Shown here: positions 46,101 through 58,100 of the stretch, one piece after another
Layout: each line of letters opens with the position of its first letter
How positions within the stretch are numbered: position 1 is the stretch's first letter
Assembly (NCBI GenBank): GCA_964036045.1
Contig: OZ038379.1
Coordinates: 25,730,001-25,794,000 of the forward strand
From: Eutreptiella sp. 'Long Island Sound 2002'
Taxonomy: Eukaryota > Protista > Euglenida
Reading direction: 5' to 3'
Length of the DNA: 64,000 nt
Program-made: the position numbers and the translations under genes
The notes under the pieces: generated by a model
Seen by the model: only the letters and a program-made list of their open reading frames with translations
What the model was told of the DNA's origin: nothing
The model's database searches: none

Positions 46101-49100
46101 GTCGCACGCAGGTGGTTATTGTACAAGGGGGGGGGGTGTACCGTCGTTTGCTTTGTGCCAAGGGTTGTGTGCATCTCATTTGCGTGTTATGGCCCGATGA
46201 GCTGACTCCCCTGCCCGCCCGACTGGTACAGAAGCCCTGAAAGCGGAGGATTTCGACGAGGGGTTCGAGAGTGTGGACCCCCGTGCGCTGCTGGAGGCCC
46301 GATGCCCTGCGCCGGCCCGGGCCCTGACCCACGAGGAGGACGGGGAGCCCGTCTGGCGGCGCTGTGAAGTGCTGTCGTACAACCGCCCCCGCAGCACTCT
46401 GGAGGTGCGGTGGGGGGCGGCCGACTGCATGGTCAAGTGCATGCGAAGGCTCGACGTGGTCTTTGACGGTGAGGACGAGGTATTGTTCATGCAGCGGCGG
46501 GCCATCGCTCACGCCTGGAAGCGGCTGGCGGAGGCGGATATGAGGTGTGGTCCAGGCCCTCCCGACGCACCCACACGCCACGGGCCCACAGGCCCACACA
46601 CCTCCCACATACCTGGCGCGCGAAGGGGCTGCCCTCAGTCAGTCTGTGGGATGCCGGGCATTTTTCAGCGGATATGCCTTTGGGAGAAAACTGCTCATCT
46701 GGAGGAATTTGCTCCTGTTGCGCGCAAGAGGGTGATGCCCGCCCGTGTCACATTCACAGCTCATTATGAACCGGCTGTGTCCAGTACAGGGCTCAGTACG
46801 ATTGGCCTGTGCCTGGCATTGTTTGGGGTGGCGGACGTGGCGAGTAACAGTCGAGTCAAGTCCGAAGCAAAGAGCTGAAGGAGTGAGTCAAAGTCGAGCA
46901 TCCGCCACACAGACGGGCTGTGCACTGGTGATTTGGGGTCCTGGCGAACCCCAGCCAACCCAATCGGACCCCACGAGAAAGTTTGTCCTCAAGAACAGGC
47001 CCGCAGGCAACCAGAAATGTGAGGCTTTCAGGGGCACAAACTGCTTTGGGGGGTCTAAACGCTTCTGCCGCCGCCGCTCCGGTGGTGGTGGGGCGTTGTT
47101 GTCACTCAGCAATGGTCCCACCTCCACGTGCAGCCTGAGACATACCGCTCGCATCCGGAAGGGCTGCGGATCACATGTCCCCAGTTCGATCCTCACGTGA
47201 GGGGGAGCGGTAGGCTGTGCATCAAAAGGGTGTGTGGGGGCGTCCCCTTTTAATTTGCCTCTTGCGGTCATGAATGTGCTGCCCCATGCCCTTGGGCTGA
47301 TGTGGTGCCCTCTGCCACAACGGTAGTGGGGGGCACGGAAAATTTCAGGTCTGGAACCGACGGAATGGAAGCCTGTCAGCGTGGGCCGGGGAGTTGTAGA
47401 GCTTGAGAATACCCAAATGGAATGGCCCCCTCACCCTCCGTGCGCAAGTGTCCACCGACTGGGGCAGCACGACACGTCGCATCATTGGCTGGCAGCACTT
47501 GTGCACTCTACAGACCTTTACACGTGTGCATCACCCGTCCCCTTGTGTTCAGGGTGTAAACCCTGAATGGATGCCCGCATTCCCTACGCAACCCAGTAGC
47601 TCTTGGTGGGTGGCGGAGTTATTAAGCACGGCGTACCAAATGTCCCACCCACACCTCCGCTTAGCTCACTAATTAGGCTTTACCCCCCCCCCCCGACTGC
47701 CCACCACAATAGTAACAGCGACAACAATGATGTGCAGCAGTTCTGGCCCTCCTGCGCTGCCCTGCCCCCAGCTCCTACCCTCCGCTACCCGCCTCCTGCC
47801 CCCGCTCCCCCCGCCGTACCTCCTCCTGGCCTGTTCCCCTGCGCCCTCCCCTCCTGCCCCAAGGTACAACAAATGGGTGTCGGAGCTTCCGGAGGTGCCC
47901 ATGCCCCTCAACGACGCGTGGCTGCGGGCCATCCTCGAGCGCGTGCCGCTGGCGGGCCCCTTGTCGCCGAAAGCCCACAAGTACGTGCAGCAGGTCCAGG
48001 ACAGCCACGCCTGGGGCGTTAAGCGCAGCATGGCCCACCGCCACGTATCCGACGCAGCCGCCCAAGGCGTTGCCATCGCGCACGCCCCCACGGCTCCGCT
48101 GGACTACCCCCTGCGTGCCACTGTCGCCGCCGCTCCCTACGACTACAGGGGTGCACGCGACGTGGTGGGGGCCACGCTGTTCCTGAACCAGGCGTGTCAC
48201 GAACCCCCCCTCCCCCTTGGTGTCCCTCGCCCCGTGTGTGGCCCTGCGTTGGAATGCCCACCTCAGTGGGGCAGAGCACCCTCCAAACTCTATGGCCGGG
48301 AATGAATGAGTGTGAAGCCTGCCAGCGCTGGCAGGGGACTGGATGCCATGGGAGCTGTGATGCTGCGAGCATGAACAGCGGGACAAGCAATCGAGGCAGG
48401 GCAATCCCCCCCCCCCCCCCTGTGGGGGAAGTGGCCCCGCAAGTGGACATCCTGGGGCTCAAAAGGCGCCGCTGGGGAGGGGTCCTCCACCGCCGGTATG
48501 GGGGTCCACTTGGACGCACTTGGCCAACGGGAGGGCCGTTGCCCTCCGCTGTGTGGACCTGACACGGAGCAGTGAAACAGGGCAGCCTGGGGGCTCCGTT
48601 GGCACAACCTCCCAAGGGAAAGGAAGGGTGTGTAGGGAGGTAAGGATAGGCCAGACAGGGAGAGGGAGGGCACAAGGTGGTGAGAGGCCGATGGACACCG
48701 GCGCCTATGGAGGCAAAGGGTTCAAGGGAAGGGCAGCGGTAAGTGGCGAGAGGCCAATGGGCACCGCCAGCTGCAGATAGCCACACAACCAAGTGTCATG
48801 CCAACCCCCCCCCCCCCAAGAAGTGACCTCGACCAACAAGCAGGTCATACCAAAGACATGGCACTGGAAACCGACTGTGCCACACGGCTCCCACCGGCTT
48901 TTGCTCACCTACCGACGGAGTCACTGAGCAATAAGGTGCTGTGACCTTGCGAGCCAGACGTGGTGTGGGTGACCAAGTGCTCCGCTATAAAATGGGTCGC
49001 CAGAACGGGAAGCAGTCAATGAATGGATAACAGTCCGCCGGTGGCAAAGGAAACTGAACATCTTTTTCGTGCCGCCCTTTGGTTTTTTGCCAGTCCACTG

Positions 49101-52100
49101 GTGGTGGTTTGCGGAAAAGGCGTTCCCGCATCAAAACGGCGTGGCCGTCTTGAAGGATCTCTGCACTCATCGCTGCGGCTGTACTTGCTTCACTGCCTCA
49201 TTGACCTGTACGTAGTCTGCACATCAGGCGCCGCCCCACCGACACAAGGTGCATAGGTGCTGGGACAAGGGAGTCTGTGCCCCCGTGTCGGGGGTTTGGG
49301 GATAGACTGGGTTGCGTCGAGGCAGGGCCATGCACATGTCCTGTGATGCGCATGGACTACTCATTGCAGGGGCCATTTCAGGACTGCTTCCGCTTCGCGC
49401 GCACGGCCTGGGAGCGGTGGGACCGGTTTGCCCTCTGGGAGCGGCACGTGGCGATGCCGGGCGGCGGGACGGAGTTCGGGAAGCAGCAGCTGAAGGCGCG
49501 GCGGGAGTGGTACACGGAGGTGGAATTGCGGTGGGTGCAGGAGATCGTGGTCCACATTTCGGGCACGCTGGGCGGGCACTTCAATTTTATGGTGCGTCTC
49601 TGCTGCCGTGGCATTCCCCTGCTTGGTGCCTGCTGCCCATCCACAAGGGGGACGGAAGTGGTGGTGGGGGGGGCACCTTCAAGTCTTAGGACCGTCCCAC
49701 AGCAGCCGTTGACCGGGCGGTTGGTGCACAATTGCCAATGCGGTGGGAGCGTCATATGAAGCTGCGACTCTCCAGAAACAAGCGATGTTTGGGCCATTTT
49801 GGGGTGTGGTCCACGGACTCATGGGCGTAGTCCTGATTCCTTCGGCCATGGGCCGTCCCCGTGAAGAAGCGGGTGCACGCCGAATATCGGGGGCATGGCC
49901 CATCGGGTGTGGCCAGGGACCCGACGGACCTGAGAAGGCAGGTAGAGCTGCAGGTGGCCGGCACAACCGGCGCCTGTCCGAGGAATTCAGGACTGCCCCG
50001 CGCCCGGAGACCCTCCGTGTGCACGAGCCAAAGAAGGGCAGAGTGCACGGCGGATCATGCCTTTGCTTCAGGGTGCGTGTACCCCCCCAGGGGGGGGAGG
50101 CGTCAGATGGGGAAAAGCAGGCTTTTTATGCCTTAAATTGGTCTCAAATTCTGGACCCTTTTCGTAAACTCCATCACGAACCCCCCCCCCCCCCCCCATA
50201 CCCACTGCAATCCCCCCCACCCCACGCTCTCAGGACTGACCTCCATTATCAGAAACAGGGCACACAACGGACATCCCACTGGACACCGCCTGCACTACAC
50301 GGCACCCAGCCTTTATGGAACCCAGCCCCCAACCCCCACTTCAGCCGTAGCCCCCCAACACCAGGCCCCAGGAGCTGATTCCATGTTTGCCTCTGGTGCT
50401 GTCCCCGGGTGCATGCGATTGTGTACGGGTCGGGGGGCTGGGGGACACGCCAAGCACCACTGACAATCACTCCCCAGTGTCTCTCTGTGAACCCCCCCCC
50501 CCCCGCCCCCCGCCTGTTCATGAGCCCCTGTTGCCCCTGTCCCCCCCTGTGCCCACAGCTGATGGACCACAACGGGCGCATCCCGCCGCTCTGCATGCGC
50601 TTCCTCCAATGGATGACCTATGCCATGGTCGCGTGGCTGCGGGACAAGCTCCAGTCCACCATCGATGACTTCATGGCCTTCCTGCGAGGCTTCGACCCCG
50701 CGCACCTCCCGGCCTTCGCCAGCCCCTCCGCCCCCCCCCAGACCCCCACGTGGCTGCACACCCCCACGGGGCACCGGCCCCTCTTCAGCACGCAGCTGGT
50801 CCTGGACGACGCCACCCACAGCGTCGCGTACGAGCCCCCGCTGCAGGAGCTCGAGGCGGCCGTGGCAGCGGTGCTTACGGACATCTACGGGGACCTCAAG
50901 CGGCTTCCGGCGCTGCTGCACCAGCTCTTCCCAATCCTGCTGCTGCCCTGGCAGAGCCTGTGTGTCGACGCGCCCCCCCCTTCTGCCTCAGGCCCTGCGC
51001 GTGCGGCCGCCGCCTCCCGCCCCTTCGCCGACGCCCTCGTCGCGGCGTACGCGCCGCATACGCGCGTCACCACGATGGTGTGTGTGCCTGTGGAGGAGGT
51101 GCACTGATGCCGAGGGGTAGGGGAGATGCAGTGATGAACCAGACACCAGCGGTTGGAGGGTGACTGACGGCGGTTGGATGCAGTTTTGGAGAGCCCATGG
51201 ACGGCTGACGTCCCCCGTGTGCTTGGCATCCGCTGTATCCGGTGCTGTCGGTTGGTCAAACCCGTCTGAGGCACGCACCTGCGCGCACGTGCTGTTGGGT
51301 GTGTAGGGGTAGCCCTTGTGCTGAAGTGTCTGCCCTGAGCGGGTCACCGTACAATCCCGCGCAAACGGTATGGGGCTTGAAGCAATCCTGGGGCCATGCG
51401 GCCTCTCACTGATGTCACCGTCAGGGGATGGCATCCCTACCCCATACCACACCCTCCCACGCTGTGCAAAGGGCTGGGGCTGCAGTCCTCGTTTTGTAGA
51501 GAGCAATGGTGTCAACTGCTCCATGTACAGGCTGTTTCCTTGCCACAGTCTCCGCTACGGCTCACCACCTGCGGCGGCGGGAGAGGGGCAGGGGCAAGAG
51601 GCCCCAAGCACCATTGGTGATCCCCCCCGGCTGCACTCATCCAGAGCATTTCAAGTAGAGGGGGAGGTGCCATGGTTCCCATAGAACCCCTACCCCATGC
51701 TGCGGTGTGTGTGTGGGTGGGGGGGGCGCGTTTCACGCTCAAGGTACTGACACCCGACAGCATGAGCATAGCCCTGCCCAACAAGAAGAAGCCCCGTGTC
51801 CCCCATGTCGTATGGGGCTTCCCCCCCTGCCACCACCTTACTGCATTGGCTGCTTTGAAGAGGCTCGTGGCTCACAATTGGGTTGTTTTTTTTTTGTGGG
51901 GGAGGGGTGAAGAGGAGGGAAGGGGGTGCCCCCAAGAGATATCCGGCTTTCAAGTGGTGGGTTAGGGAACATGCATTGAAATAGGGTTGTTGCGCTGCAG
52001 TTGTGTGTCGGGTGGTGAGTGTGTGTATTTGTGTATATGCGTGGCCCACGGGACCACCGAGTGAAGTGTTGGCTTCAGATACCCAATGAGTCAGGGCCAC

Positions 52101-55100
52101 CAAGTGGAATGCTGGAATGTTGGAATTGTTCTACACCAGGTCTACTTTGCTTCGGGTACCCGCGGAGGTGATTGGCCTTTTGCACGATGGGCATGTGGAG
52201 TTGGAGTATGATCAAGGCGGTGTGCAAGCCGTCAATCATCGATGCCCTATGGACTCCATCTCCTTTGGTATCCCCAGTCTCGAGTCTTCACCACCATCCC
52301 CATCAGTTCCCGCAGTTGACGACCCTCCAAACGTTCCTTTGGACCCCCTTGTTGATGGAAGCCCCGTTAGCGGTTGCTCCCCAACACGACTGTCATCACA
52401 TTCCGTAACCTGAGCCTTCATTGGGTAATGGTGAACTTAGGGACTGACTCTGGGAAAGTCATAATAAAAGTAGCGTGCAGGGCGCGCGCAGGGCAAACAC
52501 TCCCCCTTTGTGGTCATGCCCTGCTCCGAAACATGTCATGTGGTGGCAGCAGTGGTGGCATGCAATAGGAGCGAAAGCACACCTGACAACCCTCCACAAC
52601 AGAGTGCAAGGGGATAGGGCTCGTTGGATACAGGCAGTCTGCGGACTACAAGTGTTTTGTGCCAAGGCACCACGAGGACCAAAGTCCCCACCAACAATGC
52701 AGAACAAGCCGAGCGATGATGTTTCTGCCCCCAGCCCCTGTTTCCTACGTCTTGTTTTTTGTGAGCGAGTGTTGGCTGCTGTGCTCCAAAGTGGAAGCAT
52801 CTCGCGCTCAAACGCCCGTCGCCCTCCCCTGCAACATGATCGCCAAGAACAGCGTCCTTGCCTGACATCTTCATTGTTTAATGCCATTTCCAGGCACATT
52901 TTCCATCCGTCACCTCTTGCGCTGGGGAGGGCGGGGGAGCCCAGAGTTTTGTTTAACAACTCAGCACCTCCCGGGGGGGGGGGGGGGGGGAGGGGGGGGG
53001 TCCGACCCCACCCCCCCAACCCCCTAGAGCCCCCCGTAAGCTAAACTCTGGGGGAGCCGCCCGATGTAGGCCTTCAACGGCGGGGCCAAGTCTGACAAAT
53101 ATGTTGCAGCTTGCACAGCCTGCACAGCCTCCACGCCAGGTCCGATTGGGTCTGTGTAGGCTAGGCTGTGTAGCCTGTGTAGCCTGTGTAGCCTGTGTAG
53201 CCTGTGTAGCCTGTGTAGCCTGTGTAGCCTGTGTAGGCTGTGTAGCCTGTGTAGCCTGTGTAGCCTGTGTAGCCTGTGTAGCCTGTGTAGCCTGTGTAAC
53301 CTGTGTAGGCTGTGTAGGCTGTGTAGGCTGTGTAGCCTGTGTAGGCTGTGTAGCCTGTGTAGGCTGTGTAGGCTGTGTAGCCTGTGTAGCCTGTGTAGCC
53401 TGTGTAGCCTGTGTAGCCTGTGTAGCCTGTGTAGCCTGTGTAGCCTGTGTAGCCTGTGTAACCTGTGTAGCCTGTGTAGGCACTAGTGGCATACTAGAAG
53501 GTCCGCACCCATGCCTCTGCCTGGAAACACCCCAAGAGGAGCAACACAGCGATATATACCGGATGCAGCGCCAGCACATGCATCACCCAGCCTTCATTGC
53601 CAATGGTGTGGAGGGTTCCACCATAACACGCAAACAAGTGCGCCATACCGGACATATTGACCAGTCCATTTTGTCATAACTCTTATGGCTCACCCCCTCC
53701 GCCGCCATCGCCTCCTTTTTGGTCGCCCCTCCGTCCCATTCCCCTCCCCTGACACGCGGGAAAGGCTGAGGATCCTGGGGCGGGCCTCAGGTCAGCAGAG
53801 CTCTGGGGTAAACCCCAGAACACCTGTGCACCCGTACACCGTGTGTTGCAGAGCGCCGATGACATCATCAACTCCTGTTCTTCAACCGCCGACGTCGCCG
53901 ACGCAATCCGCGACCTCACGGACCTCATCGCCGGAGTGGAGAGCGCGTCGATGAGTGAAGTTGTGTTGCCGTTGTACCACGTGGATTGCCGCCCCCTGCG
54001 CAAGGCCCTGATAACGCGTGCGCGCACCATCGTCGTGGCGCTGCTGGAGGGCCTTCGCGCACAATGCATCCTGCAGCTGCAGCAGACCGACGCGCGCGCG
54101 CAGGAGCTGCTGCAGCAGCTGCAGTCCGTGCCCACTGGGCCTGAGGAGCTGTTGGCGCTTCGGGCAACCGTGGCGGCCAATCCTGAGCACCAGCAGGCGA
54201 TTGCAGGTCCGGGGGTTTGGGGGGTGTTGTTAGGACTTTGCTGTGTGTGCACCCACCACCCGGATCCCTGGACTTGGTCGTCAACCCCCCGCCCGCTACC
54301 GCACCCCCGCCCTCTTGTGTCCGCTGATTTGCCGTTTTGTGCCCATCGTCGATTTCCTGTCCTCTGTCTTCTGTCTTCTTCTTCTTCTGTCTGAAGCGCC
54401 GAGTTTCTGTGGTCACCCATTTCAAGTTTCGAGTTCAGCTGATGCGTCCAGATTTGCAACAGCGGAATGTGGGATTTACAGACAGCGTCATAAAGGAGTT
54501 CGAGATGATGGCAGGGCCACAACCCCACAGGCACTTCCAAACCATTTTCTTTAAACGACTGCCTCTTAAGGGAGGGGGGGAGGCGCTGCAGTGACGGGGG
54601 CCAACATGGGGACCAGGGCACTGTGTCATAGAGGTCAAGAATGATAGAACAGGTGTGACCTGCGGCATCACACACTTTGTGCGGGTTTTCGTGGATCTCG
54701 TGACGGGGGCCTGTGGGTGAGCAGGTCTTCCCTCAGGTCTACAAGAAGCCACAATGGACTGCACTGAACCACTAAATCATGGCACCACAAAAGGGTTCGG
54801 TCAGGCCCCTGGATTGGGGACTTGCATTTGGGTCGCTTGCGCCCCAGGGGCTTGTGGGGTGGGGGTTGTGCTGGGGAGCTGTGCTGACCTGTGTCCTTTT
54901 CAGGGGACCGCCTCTTCAGATGTGACAGGCAGGCAGGCAGGCAGGCAGACCCTTTTTCCACAGAGCGCACTCACTGCAGGATTACGCGCATACCCACAAC
55001 AACTGTTAGTGGGACCCTGCCACACGGCATCATCACCATATGGCAACCCTCGGCCAAAACATGGCAATGGGGGCTAACTTTCATGATAGATGTGCTGTGC

Positions 55101-58100
55101 CAGCTACGTGCACTCATGTGGCCACACACACTAAGCGCAGGCACATTTATTGAACTGGCCTTAGATTTTGAGGAGTTTGCAGAACGCACCATCTCCATAG
55201 CGCTACAAGCAAAGTTTAGAGGAAATGCACTCCCACTGCAAGAGAGGGCCAGAGGTTGCACTTGGCACAAAACGCATTGCGAAAGCTACTTACTAAAGGC
55301 ACACCGTACCCATTGCAAGCGATCAACAGATGTGGTTCCTCAATTCAGTTAGGTGGCCCGACATTGTGTGGACTCAACAGACAGCCATCCTTTGCACGTT
55401 GCTCAGCCATGATAACCACGTCCAAGAGCTCGCCAAGTATTGTGAAAGCACATGGACGCACACTTGCAAACACGCTCCCGGGACACAGCATGCACGCACT
55501 AGCGCTGCACACTTGATACCACGAATTCCGCAGCAGGGGGGGTGGGGGAGCCAAGCCCAGGAGGGAGCGTCCTCCCCTGGAGGTGCTGAGCAAGCACAAG
55601 TGCCTCGTGGGGTGCCTGGTGGAGCGGATGCCCCGCTGGAACGGACTGCTTATAATCGTCTCCCTCACTGAGGCCCTGGCCTAGGTGAGGGGACAGCTGC
55701 AGCGGGGCACCTTTTTCGCATGATGTGGCAGTGAAGACATGGGAGGTCTCCACCGTGTCAGCTAACCTGTAGACCCACGCAGATATTCCTCTATAATATG
55801 GTGTTCCCCTTTTGCAAGCACACACATACACAGGCCATATGCGTATCATGCTCACTGCACAGCGGAAGTAGTAGAAGAAGCATGTCTCCGGCGTGCTCTC
55901 ACAGGAACACTCAATATAGTGTTTATGCCCGTGTCCGGTTTCACCACCCCACCAGTGAAAGCCTCCCCCGTTCCTCCGTCGCCCCTAGCCACCCGGCCAC
56001 AAGGTATGGAGGTAGATGACGTGAACTAGCCAGTATTGCCCGACCTTTTCGCAGGGTAGGGCAGGGCATCTTCCGAATCACTTCGTCTCCTGCTCCCCCT
56101 TTGAGTTTTTGATTTAGCCAATCACGTAGACTGGCCATAAGGCAACCACACTCCGGGGTGTGACCTAATATGGTTGGTACTCCACTGCAGCATGTGGGTC
56201 CAGGGGGGGGGTTCTTCGAAATCCGATACCCCTTTGCTGGTGACCCCTAAGAATGCAAGGGTTACGTAGCATTTCTGCCCACTTGTGGGCCCCCGAGAAG
56301 GCAGGGTTGAGGTAGCCACTTCTGATTTTGTCCCCTTTGTTGGGGACCCCTGAGAATGAGAATGCAGTGGTGACGTAGCATTTCTGCCCACTTGTGGGCC
56401 CCCGAGAAGGCAGGGTCGAGGCAGCCAATTCTGACTTTGCTCCCCTTTGTTGGGGACCCCCGAGAATGCAGGGGTGACGTAGCACTTCAGCCCACTTTTG
56501 GGCCCCCAAGAAGGCATGGCTGAGGCAGCCAGTTCTGATTTTGTTCCCTTTTGGGAATGCCGTGCTATTGAGGAAACCGGGCCAATTATCCAGTCCACGC
56601 TTTGTTGCGTGGCCCCTTGAGTTGGGGTTAGGGACTGGCAATCCACGCTTTGTTGCGTGGCCCCTTGAGTTGGGGTTAGGGACTGGCAATCCACGCTTTG
56701 TTGTGTGGCCCCTTGAGTTGGGGTTAGGGACTCGCAATCCACGCTTTGTTGCGTGGACCCTTGAGATGGGGTTAGGGACTCGCAATCCACGCTTTGTTGT
56801 GTGGACCCTTGAGTTGGGGTCAGGGACTCGCAATCCACGCTTTGTTGCGTGGACCCTTGAGATGGGGTTAGGGACTCGCAATCCACGCTTTGTTGCGTGG
56901 ACCCTTGAGATGGGGTTAGGGACTCGCAATCCACGCTTTGTTGCGTGGACCCTTGAGTTGGGGTTAGGGACTGGCAATCCACGCTTTGTTGCGTGGCCCC
57001 TTGAGTTGGGGTTAGGGACTCGCAATCCACGCTTTGTTGTGTGGCCCCTTGAGTTGGGGTTAGGGACTCGCAATCTATGCTTTGTTGTGTGGACCCTTGA
57101 GTTGGGGTTAGGGACTCGCAATCCACGCTTTGTTGTGTGGCCCCTTGAGTTGGGGTCAGGGACTCGCAATCCACGCTTTGTTGTGTGGACCCTTGAGTTG
57201 GGGTTAGGGACTCGCAATCCACGCTTTGTTGCGTGGACCCTTGAGTTGGGGTTAGGGACTCACAATCCACGCTTATCTGCCTTTGTGAAAACTGCTCAGG
57301 TGCCAAACTGTCCTTAGTTGCGTCCAGAGCCCTATGCTAGTGTGGCACATACAGGTGTGCGACCCGTAGAAGCTACAGAATTCTGTTTGTTTTGTGGGGT
57401 GGCCATTGCTTTGGCAAGGATGCGCAATCATGTGGCCGTGCACTTGCAAAGGGGAGAGGTGATAGTTGACCCCAGGATGCGGGGTGAGGCAGAACCTTGT
57501 GCATTTTGTGGTCGTAGTAGAGGGACGTGCACGACGAGTATTGTGCGGAAGAAAATCAGCAGCACGTGCCCGTTCGTAGTCCCGCTGAAGCCACCACTGG
57601 CCATGCGCAAGCAGGAAAATATGCCCCGTGAATGTCCCATTCCCGGGTGCAGTGCCACCCCGTGGGTTTTGAACATTAAAAATCTCTTGGCACGGTGCCA
57701 TCCCACGGTGCCACCAAACCAGGGGCGCATCGACTGCCGAGTTTCGGACACAGGGCTAGTTTTGCCAATGTGGGGGGTTGTTTCCGAGGGCTGATTTTTG
57801 GTGTTTTTTGGCAATTTGCCACTTTTCTAACCCCCCCCCCCTTTTTCAAACCCCCCAAGTTACCAACCCCAGGGAAGAGTGGAACCGGTCGGTTGTTGTT
57901 GCCTAGGTAGTTCCCCATTTCTTATTTGCATAATTACCATTGTGTTGCAGCCTCATGAAAAATCATTGTGAATTGCGCTCTACTATTGTTGGGGACATTC
58001 GTTGTCGTCCAACATTTTGCAGCCATGGGGCTCAGACACCATCTGTGTTTGGCCGCCCTTTGGGTGTGCCTGTGTCTACAACCTTGTTGGCGGTATGCGC

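Noticed and set aside
52953-53679. QAT/VAC repeat ORFs
   Set aside because: Stop-free frames of the 9-bp minisatellite, which is intronic.
56594-57274. CRISPR-like array (hairpin-containing regular repeats)
   Set aside because: Units are contiguous with no unique spacers, there are no cas genes, and the context is a eukaryotic intron. It is a minisatellite.
56122-57317. Long 16-aa-repeat ORFs on both strands
   Set aside because: Artefacts of the 48-bp unit (a multiple of 3); open in several frames at once.
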